From NCBI RefSeq assembly GCF_009914755.1, contig NC_060927.1: a DNA stretch of 64,000 bases. One strand, given 5' to 3'. The stretch's first letter is position 1. Each line of letters opens with the position of its first letter. Positions 42,073-59,774 of this stretch are shown in pieces. Source of the DNA: the human T2T-CHM13v2.0 reference genome, Homo sapiens. A program made the translations under genes and the position numbers. The notes below the pieces were generated by a model. That model did no database searches and was not told the DNA's origin. It saw only the letters and a program-made list of their open reading frames with translations.

Positions 42073-45000
42073 AGAGTATCAAAATTCAGATTTAAAATTG
42101 TAGAACTTCCCAGTAGGTACAGCATGGTACTTATTAAATAATTGCTACCTTATAGATGCTTTAGGGTAAACAAAAAGTCTAAGTTATAGTCTGCTTTTAA
42201 AGAGAATAATGAACACTTCAGTGTTAATAGCATGTTTTGACACAATAAATGCTGGGCTATAAAGTATAGAAACCAGCATAGTATTCAACAAGGTACAAAA
42301 TCGACTAAAGCTAGGAAAGGAGGGATGTTTGAAAGAGGAGAGAGCAGGATGAACTGTGCCTTCACATCAGTGAAGATGTGAGTTTTGAATTGGACCTCAA
42401 ATAATCAATAGAATGGGCCTAACAAGAGAGGTGTGGGCAGCACACATTTCAGATGCTACAATGCCGTAAACAGGCACAGTGATCATAGTGGGTGTGTGAA
42501 TCAGCTGAAAACCATTCTTGCTGAAGTGGGAAATGCAGTTGGATTGTAAAGGAACTGACTATTGAAATCTTAAAAGGTAGGTAGCTGAGTTTAGACTTTG
42601 ATATACAGAGTAACAGGAAACCAGTAATAGGAAGGCATAATGTGATGGGAGCTAGGGTTTTATGTAGAAAAGAAATGAAATAGGAAGTCAAACTTAGAAG
42701 CAAAGACAGAAATCCAGTTTGAGGGACTGTGAGCTTTAGCCGCCTTGCTAGGATGGTGGTTCTGGGAAGGAGAAGAAAGGTAGAATCTGTAGAATTTGGT
42801 ATCTGATCAACTCAGGGAGGCAGAAGAAAAGTAAGGACTCTAAATTGACTCCAAAGTTTTAAGCTTAGGACACTTAATGAATAGTAGTGTGGAATTAGAA
42901 TAGGAAATCTAAATGGGGAAGTTGAGAATTGGAGTGAAATGATGGGTTTTTTAGATACACTGAATTTGACCCAGTCATGAGCTTTTCAAATGGAATTGAG
43001 TTGCAGGAATTTGGAAATAAGAAATTGGAACATCTTTCAGGAGTCATCAGCCTAGGATCGAAGCCTGTGGTTAAATCTGTAGGAGAGGCGGATTTCTACA
43101 AAAGATTAAGTTTTACAGTAGTAGTAATAGTCATAGTGGTAACAGCAGCAGCTGCTTCTGCTGACGCTTATTTAGCACTTGTTGCTGCTACTACTACTGC
43201 TGCTACTATTGTTAATACTACTGCTAGCCATTACTTACTTTAGTAATGCTCTGCTCTAAGGGCTTTGCTTGTATTTACTTGTATTGCATCCTCACAAGTG
43301 TATGAAATAATACTATTATCTTCATTTTACAAATAAGCAAACCTAAGAACATAGAAGTTAAGTAATTTACCTACATTTATGCACAGAGAATAAGTATATA
43401 CTCAAGATTTAATCCAGGCATTGTGACTCAGAGTCTGTGCTCTTAACCATATAGAGGTCTTGAGTTTGGCAATGAGACATAAATGAGAAAAAAAAAGTTA
43501 CCTCATGAAGTCATAGGAATTGTGGATAGTTTTTTGGGGGAATATAAGATATGTTTCAAGAAATGGAGAAGGTAAGATGAAGACTTTGAAAAGGTCCTTG
43601 AATTTGGCAAGGATTTGATTTGGAGGATGCAGTTTTGAGAAATGATTTTATAAACCAGATTTTAAGGTGTTAAGGAGGGGACTGGGTCTCTAGACAGAGA
43701 AATAGTTGACTATTTCATAAGTATCTCCCCATCTTCTTGGACTTATTTTATGGATAAAGTGACTGGGGAATTTAGTTAATGAATTTGTTCTCATCAAACC
43801 TAAGAAAACTTCCCTTTAGAGAGAGTAGATGGCATCTTTCAGAATATAATCTTTGAAGACTGACTTGAAGCAGTTTGAGTGTTGTAAGACATTGGTTCAA
43901 CAGGTTTGCTTTCAGTGAACAGAAAATCTAATGCATAGCCTCAGCTTCTCATATCAAGCCTTTCCATTTTTAGAACTGCTTTCTGTTGACTGTTGTAGCC
44001 AGTAGAGAGAAAATGTTGGTCAGGGGATTACATTTCTTTTAAAATTCAGTGTACTTAATGAGGAGATAGAAACTGATTAATAAATATCAAGTTGAAAAGG
44101 GTAAATGATGAAAAGGTAGACAAAATATATAGTTCATTTACATGCGGATAAAATTTTCTGGTATATGTTCCAGTTAAACCTTTAGTAGAACAGCTTTCCT
44201 TCCCTTGCTTGCTTCTCCAAAACACAGGTATATTTTGTCTTTCAGTGTGATTTTCATAAACCATATTTTTTTAATATTTGATAGCGTAAAGGTTTAAAAT
44301 TTTTTCTATTAATACTGTCAAAAATAAAAAATAAATACTAAAAGAATTAAGATTTAAATTATTATTACTTTTTTTGGGCACAATCTCGGCTCACTGCAAC
44401 CTCCGCCTCCTGGGTCCAAGTGATTCTCGTGCCTCAGGCTCCTGAGTAGCTGGGTTTACAGATGTGTGCCACCACACTTGGCTAATTTTTGTATTTTTAA
44501 TAGAGACCGGGTTTCACTGTGTTGGCCAGGCTGGTCTCGAACTCCCAACCTCAGGTAATCCACCCTCCTTGGCCTTTCAAAGTGCTGGGATGACAGGTGT
44601 GAGCCACTGCGCCCTGCCAGATTTAAATTATTAATGGATACATTTATTTTGGAAAGTCTTTAGATAACAAAGTTGTAAGTGCTTTTATAGATTTCTTAAA
44701 AATTATATTTGTAGTCATAATAATTGAGGGCTATGATGCAAAGTTGTAACAAACTGTCTCTACATTGAAGATAATGCCTTTTACATCTATAATGAAAGCT
44801 AGTTTTGCACACAAACTGTATTTCATTTAATAGTCTTAGTTGAGTCTAAACAGAACTGTTCAAGTAGGAAGTGATTCTTAGTTCAAATGTAAAGGTATAT
44901 GCCAATTGAAAGAAAACTTCCAATTAAGTACTAAACATAAGAAAAGGTCAATGTAAAGGAAGTAGGATTTCTATAAATAGTCTGGCTATTGGAAAATTCA

Positions 45001-45898
45001 ATTGCTCTATTAAATATTTGTTTTATTCTTTGTTAGATTTAAAATTCAAAGGCTAAATATAAGAACTGGCCATGTGAAGGAAACATTAATATCATTACAG
45101 CTTGCTATTAGGATTTTAGAAGTAGATATGTCTACATAAAACTCTTATCTAGAAAATAAACTCTCCAAATGCATTTTCAACTGTGAAGAAATTTAATTCT
45201 GATATTGCTGGTAATTCTTGATGTGAATATTAGTAGACAAATCACTAATTCCTTTGGCTCACTTATTCTGGATGTCAAAATCAGCTCAAGAACGTTCCCC
45301 ACTACTTTTCTTGGGAAACAGTCTCTTAAGCTGCTCCTCATATTTTTTTCTAGATGAATTGTGGTGCCTTTCATATGTTGGAGGACAGAGGAAATCTGAA
45401 TGTCTTTGATTTTAAACAGAATGATTGTTTATTTTCTTTGTTTTATTTTTCTGTTTTTGCATGCTGGCATAAAAAGAATAATTCTGTTATAAAATACTGA
45501 GACTGTGAATACAGTGGTGTACCGATTTCAGGATGGTGTATCAACCTGCAGTTCTTAAATAGTCTCCTCTCTAGTAGAAATGTTAGGCATAGTTTTTGAC
45601 GTATGAGAGCATAGCATTCTTGTTTTGTTAAAAATATGTATTTTAGTGGATAAAGAAAACAAAAAATAAGTTTATTGGTTATAAGCGCTTCTGTAATTGT
45701 TGATAGTGTTTCTTTCTAGTTGTTACTTAAGAACAGATGGTCATATCTTCTATTAACCAGATTTTAAACTTGGAAAAGTTTGGTGGTTCAGCTTAAGTAC
45801 ATAATGCTGTATTTTAACTCTCCAGGAAATTATATCCTCAGTGTAGCACCAGTGTAGAATGTTAATGCTACCGAAGTTCACACTAGTTCTTGGCTGTT

Positions 45899-45901
<3 letters not shown>

Positions 45902-45948
<47 letters not shown>
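45902..45948 (+). repeat. (TG)23 microsatellite
   Basis: Direct reading. Confidence 0.95.
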
Positions 45949-45950
<2 letters not shown>

Positions 45951-47428
45951 CAGGATAGGAGATAGGGGTAGCTAATTATTAATGCAGTGTATTACCAAAA
46001 AATTGGAAAATAGAGAAAATCACATCACTGTTGTTTTAGTAAATTTCCATTTAGTGTTTTCTCTAATTTTTTTTAATTATTGTAATAATACGGCACATTC
46101 AATTTTGTATGTTCTTCTCCCCCATTTAGCATTATGTTATTGACACTTTTACGTGTTGCTAAAGTTAATATATTTTAATGGCTGTGTCAAAGTGCATGTA
46201 CATCATTTACTTGGTTATCATTTCCTTATTGTTTATCATCTAGATTATTATATATTTTTGTTATACTATTGTGACAATTTTGAGATATAGCTTATTAGAT
46301 CTTTGAATTTTATCTTAGGATAAATTCTTAACCATAGACTTTTAGTCTTTTTTGTTAGCTACTTTTAAGTGATTTAAATATATATAGCCATTAAAAAAGT
46401 AACCCATGCCACAATGTTAATCCTCCCTCCCATTAAAATGTTTTTTCCTACAATTATGCAACATGAATAAAGTATTTTGCTTAGATTAGGGAAGTTTCTA
46501 GAGTATAGTAACTTTTGTAAACCCCGTTTCCCTTTCATGTACCTTGTCTTTGCTGAAGTTACTTGTTTTATATGATTGGTGGCATTTAAAAACTTGGACT
46601 AACTCATAACATTCTTTGCTTTTTTATTGTCATGTTGTGTTTGTGCAGGAAATATGTTTTTTATTCATTTGTATAGTATAGGTCTGATACACCAAAAGAA
46701 ATTCATTAGAACATATTTATTTGATGTTTGAAGGACTCTTTAAAATAGTTTATCTGTTTAAATAATGTGTAAGATTTATGCATTTTTATATAACAAACCA
46801 AAATCACATGTGTATTTAACTGCTTTGTTAGTTGCTGATAATTTATGTAACAAAATTTTCTTGGAGTCTTAAGTCTCACAAAACATCTTATTTTTGTGCA
46901 TCCACACATGCCAATAAGTGAATCATGGTGCCTTTCCCAAGCCTTGTATGAACAGGACTGGGGTAAGGGCTATTTTTTTTCTTATCATGGGTACTTAGAA
47001 TAAGCTTTACAAAGAAAATTCCATGTTTCTCAGGCAAAAAAAAAAAAGTATGAATGAAAGTAGATTTTAAGTATGCCATGTTAGATAAATAATACGTACA
47101 TATTTTGGCACTAAATGAATAACTGCTGGAAAAATTTATTTTAAGTGGCTTTTAAAATGCAATTATTTATGTCTCCAACAATGTCACTATTACTTGAAAC
47201 CATCAGTAATTTAAAAACACGTTTCTTTGGTGCGGGATTATATTTCTAATTTAATCAATGTACTTAGCTTTAGCTTAATATTTTTCAACATTAGCCTGAT
47301 GTTTTCAAGGTATTTGATAGATAAATATGTATGTAAAGTGTACATGAAAATTTGGGGCTGGGCGCGGTGGCTCACGCCCGAAATCCCAGCACTTTGGGAG
47401 ACTGAGGCGGGTGGATTACCTGAGGTCA

Positions 47429-47715
<287 letters not shown>

Positions 47716-47890
47716 TTATAGAATGAATCTTGTTATATATTTTGTAGTATGGCTTAAAATGTAGTTTTCCATTGCAAAAGTGATATTTATTAAATCTCTG
47801 TGAAGGCCCTAATTTATAGATAAGCATTGCACTATCTAATTTATGCCACCGGGTGGTAGTATTTTATTTTCATTTATGTAAGCTCTAGAC

Positions 47891-49309
<1,419 letters not shown>

Positions 49310-52300
49310 GCTGTAGACTTTGATTTTATTTGCCAAAGAGGCTTGATGATTCAGTGGGAATTCTGATAAAATTCTTTTTGTTGCTTTTTCTGTTAATTTG
49401 CATTTCATTCATTTTGTAGTGCATTTCATTCACTCATTTTGTTTGTTTGTTTTTGCTGGGATAAAGACAGGCATTGGCTTACTTACTCATTCTTCATGTC
49501 ATTAACCAGCTTGTTAGGATCATCAGTTAATCTAGAGGTTAACAGCCTTTTCACACTTCTGCATTTTTGTTTATTTCCTACACTGGGAGTAGAAGTGGGT
49601 CTTGTTAACCATATAGTGAAGTGTTCTCTGGGGCAGTGTAACAAAATAGTAATGCTGCATGAAACCTCAGAATTCTGGCATTTCTTATTATAATTGATTA
49701 GGATACTCAGGATGAGGAGTATCCTAAGAAGTGCTGGAGTAGCAAAAACAATGCCACATTCTTCCTAGCTGTATCTAAGGATTAGTTATTTTATTCCCTT
49801 TTCTTACTACTTCAGCTATCTTTTTGTGAAATATTTTCTTTGTCACTTAATACCTAGCATATGCTTGGCAGTTGGTAAACAGCTGCTAAGTATGTATTTG
49901 ATGACTGAATGGTTGGATTATTGAGCTACAGATTGTCAACCTTTCTCATTTAACCCTTATAGAGAGCATTTGTCCATTTTTATAATTCCCATGGATGTGA
50001 GTGAACCTCATCTGAACTGGAAAGTGAGGAGCTAGCAATAAAGGGTCTGCCCTGCATTTTACTTAACTGACAGAGGATCATACTTACAGTTCATTAAAGA
50101 TTGACCTAAAAGTATTTTTAAAGTGTGTGTGTGTGTGTGTTTTTTTTTTTAAATAAAAATTGCCTGAGATACATTGAATTTTGCTTTGGAAGAACACAGT
50201 GTGTTCTTGCAACATTCTGCGGCAGTTCGTGCTTAGCCTTCCTATTGATGTGTGCCGTGACTGTGGTTTTCCCATGCACTCTTGCATGTTGGCAGAAGAC
50301 TTGTCAGCTGTGACTGATGCACGCTTTATTTCTCCCCACTCACTTATCTTTTGTTGGGAATTTGAAAGATAAATTGTCTAGACATTTTGAACATACTTTT
50401 TTAGTACTTACATTAAAATCCTAGTTTCACTTTGGAAAGGGTAGGGAATTCACTTTTAGAATATTAGTAGGCTGTGGGCACCATTTCTAGGGGTTACAAG
50501 GTCAGGTGAGATGTTTCTGGGTAGTAAGTAAACTCTCAGTATATCCTCTTTAAACATAGTGATGAGACTCAGTGTTGGAGGCAGATTTCCTGTGAGGAAG
50601 TGGCTTCATTTGTGATACAGTGTAGAATCCATAATGGGTTTGAAATACGTTTTCTGTGTTTGGATATTATAAATATATAAAATATAAATGCCTTTCCCCA
50701 CCACTGTTTTTGGCCAGTTAACATTTCCTTAAAGCACGATGGGGAGGCAGAAAGCAGTGAGTTTTGTGTCAGAAAGAAGTATAACATACTGCATTTTGTT
50801 GAGAGTTAAAAGCCATTAGTAATTGATTGGCTCAGAAATTCTGCTTTAGTAAGAAACATTATTGCCCAATGGAGCTCGATCCATTTCAGCATTCTTAGTT
50901 TTTAAAAATATGGCAAGGTATGGATCGTTGCTTAAAGCCAATTTTAAAGTTCTATCATCAGGCTTATATATTCAAGTTGATTTAACATCTGAAGGAAAAT
51001 TTGGATGCTTCAGTTACCATATGTCAATGAAAGATTTCAATGGTTTCTTTCTAGGTGTGAAATTATTTGGTTCCCTGACATGGTACTGGAAAGTGGGAGA
51101 GAGGGTTAAATTTAGATGAAAAGAACTGTGAAACCAAATCCATCCTACTTTCATTGTTGTATGATGGATAATAAATTGACTTGGACAAACTTTTAGTGGA
51201 TTAAACACTAAAATTCGACTGTATATAGAAGAATATCCTGAAATTTACTGACTAGATTAGAAAACTTAATTAGCAGAAAATTATATCTAAACAGGAACTT
51301 GTGGCATGGATTTTTTGTTGTTTGAAAAGGTGAGAACATTACATTTATTTTTTTATACTGTGCTGGATTCTGGAATTTAAAAAATGAAAACAGAAAATTC
51401 ACTAGTATTGACTACATAGTTTTGTTTTATTTTACTTAATTGACAAAAGGTTTTCATTTAAACTCTTATTTTGCTGAAAGGGTATCAAAACTGTCTTCAG
51501 TTTCTCCAGAGCCTGATTGAAGATATTTCTGTGAATTACTCAGAAATGCTGAGATGCAATTTTATATGCTGGATAATAATGAAAAGGGGCTGATGACACC
51601 TAAGCATTAAAAGACATTGTCATAACCTTTTTTCATTCCTCCAGCGTTTAAACCTTCAACACAAACTAATTAGGCAGTAAGCACTTTGTTTCAGAATCTT
51701 TCCCATAATTAGTCACTTTACTTGACTGATTTTTTTAAGTGAGGGAACTAATTTCTTGTTAGTAGTAAGCGTTCATTATTTCCGTATTTTCTGTATGCTT
51801 AACGTTAGAATTTATAGTAAAAGAATATGTAAAACAAAGATACCATTTTTGTTTCCAACATATTTGTATCTAAGGATTATCATCTTGGGGTTTGCAGGCA
51901 AATGCCAGTAAAGTTAGAATAGGAATCTTTTTTTTTTTTTTTTGAGAGACAGGGTCTCACTTGTCACCTAGGCTGGAGTGCAGTGGCACAATCACTGCTC
52001 ACTGAAGCCTTGACCTCCCAGACTTAAGTGATCCTCCCACCTCAGCTGCTCAGAGTAGCTCAGACTACAGGTACAAGCCACGGCTCCTGGCTAATTTTTA
52101 ATTTTTTTGTAGAGATGGGATTTCACTGTGTTGCCTAGGCTGGTCTTGAACTCCTAGGCTCAGGCAATCCTCCCACCTTGGCCTCCCGAAGTGCTAGAAT
52201 TATAGGCATGAGCCCCCCACTGCATCTGGCAATAGGAATCTTTATAAATGATTTCAGCTAATTAATATTCCTTTGAAATTTAGACCTTATTTGAGTATCA

Positions 52301-52389
52301 GTTTTATACTTTGGACATATAAAATAAATTGGATAGATTTGCTTTTCATATAAAAGATAATCACTTTGGGAGGCCAGCGCGACGGATCA

Positions 52390-52641
<252 letters not shown>

Positions 52642-53145
52642 TTATTTTTTAAACTATTGAGCAAACTAAGTTGCATTTCTCTGTTGTTACCAGAATTCAC
52701 CCTTCTCTTGGCAATTTGCCTTTAATAAAATGCTTTAGAATAGATGTTTGTCTTCAAGTTTGCAATTCCTGTGCCCAAACCACTGTGTTAAACCAAATTG
52801 TTAATGAAAGACCTTTTTTTCTGAGCTGCCATAGGTTGAAGTTCCCACATTTCTTATACCACTGGAAGTGAAAATATTATATATGTCGGTGAACAACTGT
52901 CTCCCTGGGACATACGTTTCTTGGTAGGATTACACACCCATCTTGAAAACTGAGTTTTGTTTATAGTCTATCTCAATGGTAGAGGGAAGGCTGGAGACTT
53001 CTGTGAGGACTAAAGGAAACAATCTAGGATGACAGTAGCAGTAGGATTTTCCTAGGGTATCATTATGCAAATAATGCATGTGTGTGTGTGCATGCATACA
53101 TACATATACAACCCACATATATGTACACATATACACAGGCATATA

Positions 53146-53339
53146 CAGATCCTCCTTGACTTATGATGGGGTTAGAATTTGATAAATTCATTGTAAGTTG
53201 AAAATACCAATATCAACTTGTGAAGGGCTTATCCAGACATAACTTTATTATTAAGTGGAGGAGTGTACTGAATGAGTATTGCTTTTGCACCATTGTGAAG
53301 TTGACAAATCTAAGACCATCATAAGTCAGGGACCATCTG
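53146..53339. mobile_element. MER8-like Tigger MITE
   Basis: Terminal inverted repeats CAGAT.CTCCTTGACTTATGATGG / CCATCATAAGTCAGGGACCATCTG flanked by TA. Confidence 0.7.
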
Positions 53340-53755
53340 TATACACAAATACACGTAAACACACATGTATTTTTTTTTTTTTTTTGAGACAAAAGTCTTG
53401 CTCTGTCGGCCAGGCTGGAGTGCAGTGGCACCATCTTAAGAAGCTTGCTGCAGCCTCTGTCTCCCAGACTCAAGTGATTCTACTGCCTCAGACTTCCAAG
53501 TAGCTGGGATTACAGGCATGTGCTACCACACCAGGCTAATTTTTAGTAGAGATGGGGTTTCACCATGTTGGCCAGGCTGGTCTTGAACTCCTGACCTCAG
53601 GTAATTCACCTACCTCAGCCTCCAAAAGTGCTGGGATTACAGGTATGAGCCAATGTGCTGGGTCACATGTATGTATTTTTGGTGCCAAGTTACACACCTG
53701 TTGCACCCGTCCTATCTGATTTTGTTTGATAATGTTGAGCTGTTTGGCTTCCTTA

Positions 53756-54197
<442 letters not shown>

Positions 54198-54821
54198 TCA
54201 GGTAAAGATTTCTTTCTGGTCACCTGGAAACAACTCTGGTTTGAAACTTATACAAATAGTAAGTTTCATTTCAAAATATTCAGCCAGTAAATGTTTAAAA
54301 AAGAAACAAAAATCTCTGCTCTTTTATTATATAGTTAAGAAGTTTTTAAAAATAAAATATGCCTAAGAATAGTTTTTCCATTCTTAAAAGTGTCATAGTG
54401 AGTATATAATAGTGTTACATAATTATTGATGATAAGAACTTTAGAGCAAACGAAAAACAATTGAAATTATACAGTACAGAAATAGGGACATATCTTCATT
54501 TCTTTAAATGTACTATCCATAAGGAAACTGGTAGAGAATGGAGAGCCTTCAGTAATTTATTTTTTCCAAACTTCTAAGCTTAGGCTCATATAAACAAGTC
54601 TTAATATCCTAATCCAGAACTCAGTGACAAGTTGGTTTTGGTGACCGAACGTTTCTTGTGGCTTTGTTCAACAACTCCAGTATCTCTTGGCTTAGAACAG
54701 TGATGAGTTTTTTAACCTATCCTGCTACTGCTGCTCTTAGTTCTCAAAAATTGAATGTAAAACACTTTAGCTCAATGATAATATTTCTTGAGATACTTGT
54801 TTTCTGTTGTTTTCATTATAG

Positions 54822-55000
54822 CTTTTGAGGAACTTGAAAAAGCTTTGAGTACAGCCCAAAAAACAGAGGAAGCACGGAGAAAACTGAAGGCAGAAATGGA
54901 TGAACAAATAAAAACTATCGAAAAAACAAGTGAGGAGGAACGCATCAGTCTTCAACAGGAATTAAGTCGGGTGAAACAGGAGGTTGTTGATGTAATGAAA
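54822..55000 (+). CDS. GOLGA4: GOLGA4 exon (AFEELEKALSTAQKTEEARR...VVDVMK)
   Basis: tag|CT ... AAA|gtaaga; 179 nt; phase 1-0. Confidence 0.95.
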
Positions 55001-55999
55001 GTAAGAATAATTCTGTAATGAAATGGGCTACAACAAATTTGAAATTTAAGTGTATTTTTCCTTACACTCTTTGACTGTAAAGAAGAGTTTGTTTGTATTT
55101 TAGACATTGACTGTTTTCTGATATTCAGGTTGTAAAATTTTTGATAGATAAATGCATTTAATACTTAGGTAATTCTTTGGAACCTTTTAAGCTTTGCTTT
55201 CTCTCCAGTGGACTATGTTATAAACTGAGATGTGCCTTAACTGTTCTGTGGCTCCCCGACTCTTAGGCACCTTGAAGATAGGCTACTTAGCTGCTTCAGT
55301 AGTATATCCTCCAGAGAACTTGGCCAAGAAGGTACTTGCCTAATGTGTGTTGAGGGAATGAGGGAGTAAGTGACTGAGGGGCTAGATTGTTTAAATGTTT
55401 TAAAGGATCATTGTTACTTAATGTTCTGATTACTCTTAATATAGATAGACCTCACTTTAAAAGTTAGCTTTTTGGAAAGATCTCTTAGAAATTAATGAAT
55501 TTTTAAAATCCCATAGATTTTCAATTTTTCAGAAATATGAACATGTCATCATCATGGCCCCTCCCTGCTCCCAGCTTCCTTCCTCACCCATTTTTTTCTG
55601 CTTTTTTTTTTTTTTGCTTGTTTTTCCTCCTGTCATGTTTGCCTTTCTTGCCACTTTGCTCATTTTATCCTATTTCTTTACTGACTCCCCATTTATATTC
55701 TTGATATTTGATTATGGCCACTAAAATGGCTTAAGATAAATTATAGATCTGAATAGATGAGGCTTGGATTTCAGAGTTTCAATATGCATTTCTATAACTC
55801 ATGGTAAGGTTTCTGTGCTTTTACTTATGAGTGCATAACAGGCATTGAGGGGGGCAAATTATATTTCTTTCATTTTCTTCTTCCTGCTGAACTATAGGTA
55901 ATTTGCAAAGCAGAAATTATTTGTGGCCAATTATTGGATATATAAGACCTTAACTATAACTGCCTGACTATATTTTAAGTTTTAAAATAGTCATATGAT

Positions 56000-58080
<2,081 letters not shown>

Positions 58081-58464
58081 TGCCTGGAAAGCTGGCCATA
58101 ATTTGATTGGTGCAGCGAGGGCGCACCTTCACCAGTGTAGTGCCCTCTCTGAGAGCATCCTTATTCCCCAGCTGTGCTCCCCTATCCTGACTTGTAGGGA
58201 ACATCCCTGCAAGATGTGGAAATGGAGTCTATTGTAGCAGTAGCAGCACTTGTCTTAAAATAAGAAGAAAACTACTGGTTATTCTTTTAACTATCATGGC
58301 TTTGATGACTTTGATCTATGCAGGAAATGTGTTTTCTCTTAGGAATGTGATTTTTTCTTCTTAAAAACTTATTAGTTTGAGTAAATTATAATAGTATTAT
58401 TTAGTTGTGGAGTTACATATTTTATTCTGGGTGTCCTTATATTATCTATTTGGCTCATTTTCAG

Positions 58465-58596
58465 AAATCCTCAGAAGAACAAATTGCTAAGCTACAGAAG
58501 CTTCATGAAAAGGAGCTGGCCAGAAAAGAGCAGGAACTGACCAAGAAGCTTCAGACCCGAGAAAGGGAATTTCAGGAACAAATGAAAGTAGCTCTT
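58465..58596 (+). CDS. GOLGA4: GOLGA4 exon (KSSEEQIAKLQKLHEKELARK...MKVAL)
   Basis: cag|AAA ... CTT|gtaagt; 132 nt. Confidence 0.95.
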
Positions 58597-58737
58597 GTAA
58601 GTGACTATTTTTTTTTTTCTGCTATAGGTATACTTCTCAGAGTTACAAAGTTATCATCCTCTCACTGTTGCATTCCAGTTGGAAGTCAGACTACTGGCAG
58701 TCTTGACGTTTGGGTATAAAGAGAGGATAGAGAGTAG

Positions 58738-59150
<413 letters not shown>

Positions 59151-59487
59151 TAACAATTTCTTTCAATATTTATATTTCTCTTTCATTGTTGATGTTCAGT
59201 ATAACCAACACACTTTCATTAAGCAGTTTGTTTATCCATCCCTCCCACCTGGCAGTAGGCTATGATTAGGGACAAAAAAAGGAAAAGATAGATTAATTGA
59301 AGCAGTGACTGCATAATTCAAGAAGAGAGTGCATAATTCAAGAAGAATGTCGAAAATCTCATCAGACTGAGTGTACCCAGAGCTCAAGGCTGAGAAAATT
59401 TTGGCTGACTTGCATTTTACAGAAGAAGAAATAAAAATGGCCAAGTAATTTTTATTTTAAGTGGAATAATTTCAGTACTAATTTTCA

Positions 59488-59774
<287 letters not shown>

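Noticed and set aside
42977-43243. ORF with poly-V/A/T runs
   Set aside because: Degenerate trinucleotide low-complexity sequence next to a MIR-like fragment.
45354-45500. 48-codon ATG ORF MNCGAFHMLEDRG...
   Set aside because: No recognisable homology, and it crosses a low-complexity U tract.
59309-59346. 20-bp-period tandem repeat TGCATAATTCAAGAAGA, and a 14-bp repeat near 30619/30658
   Set aside because: Ordinary slippage duplications.
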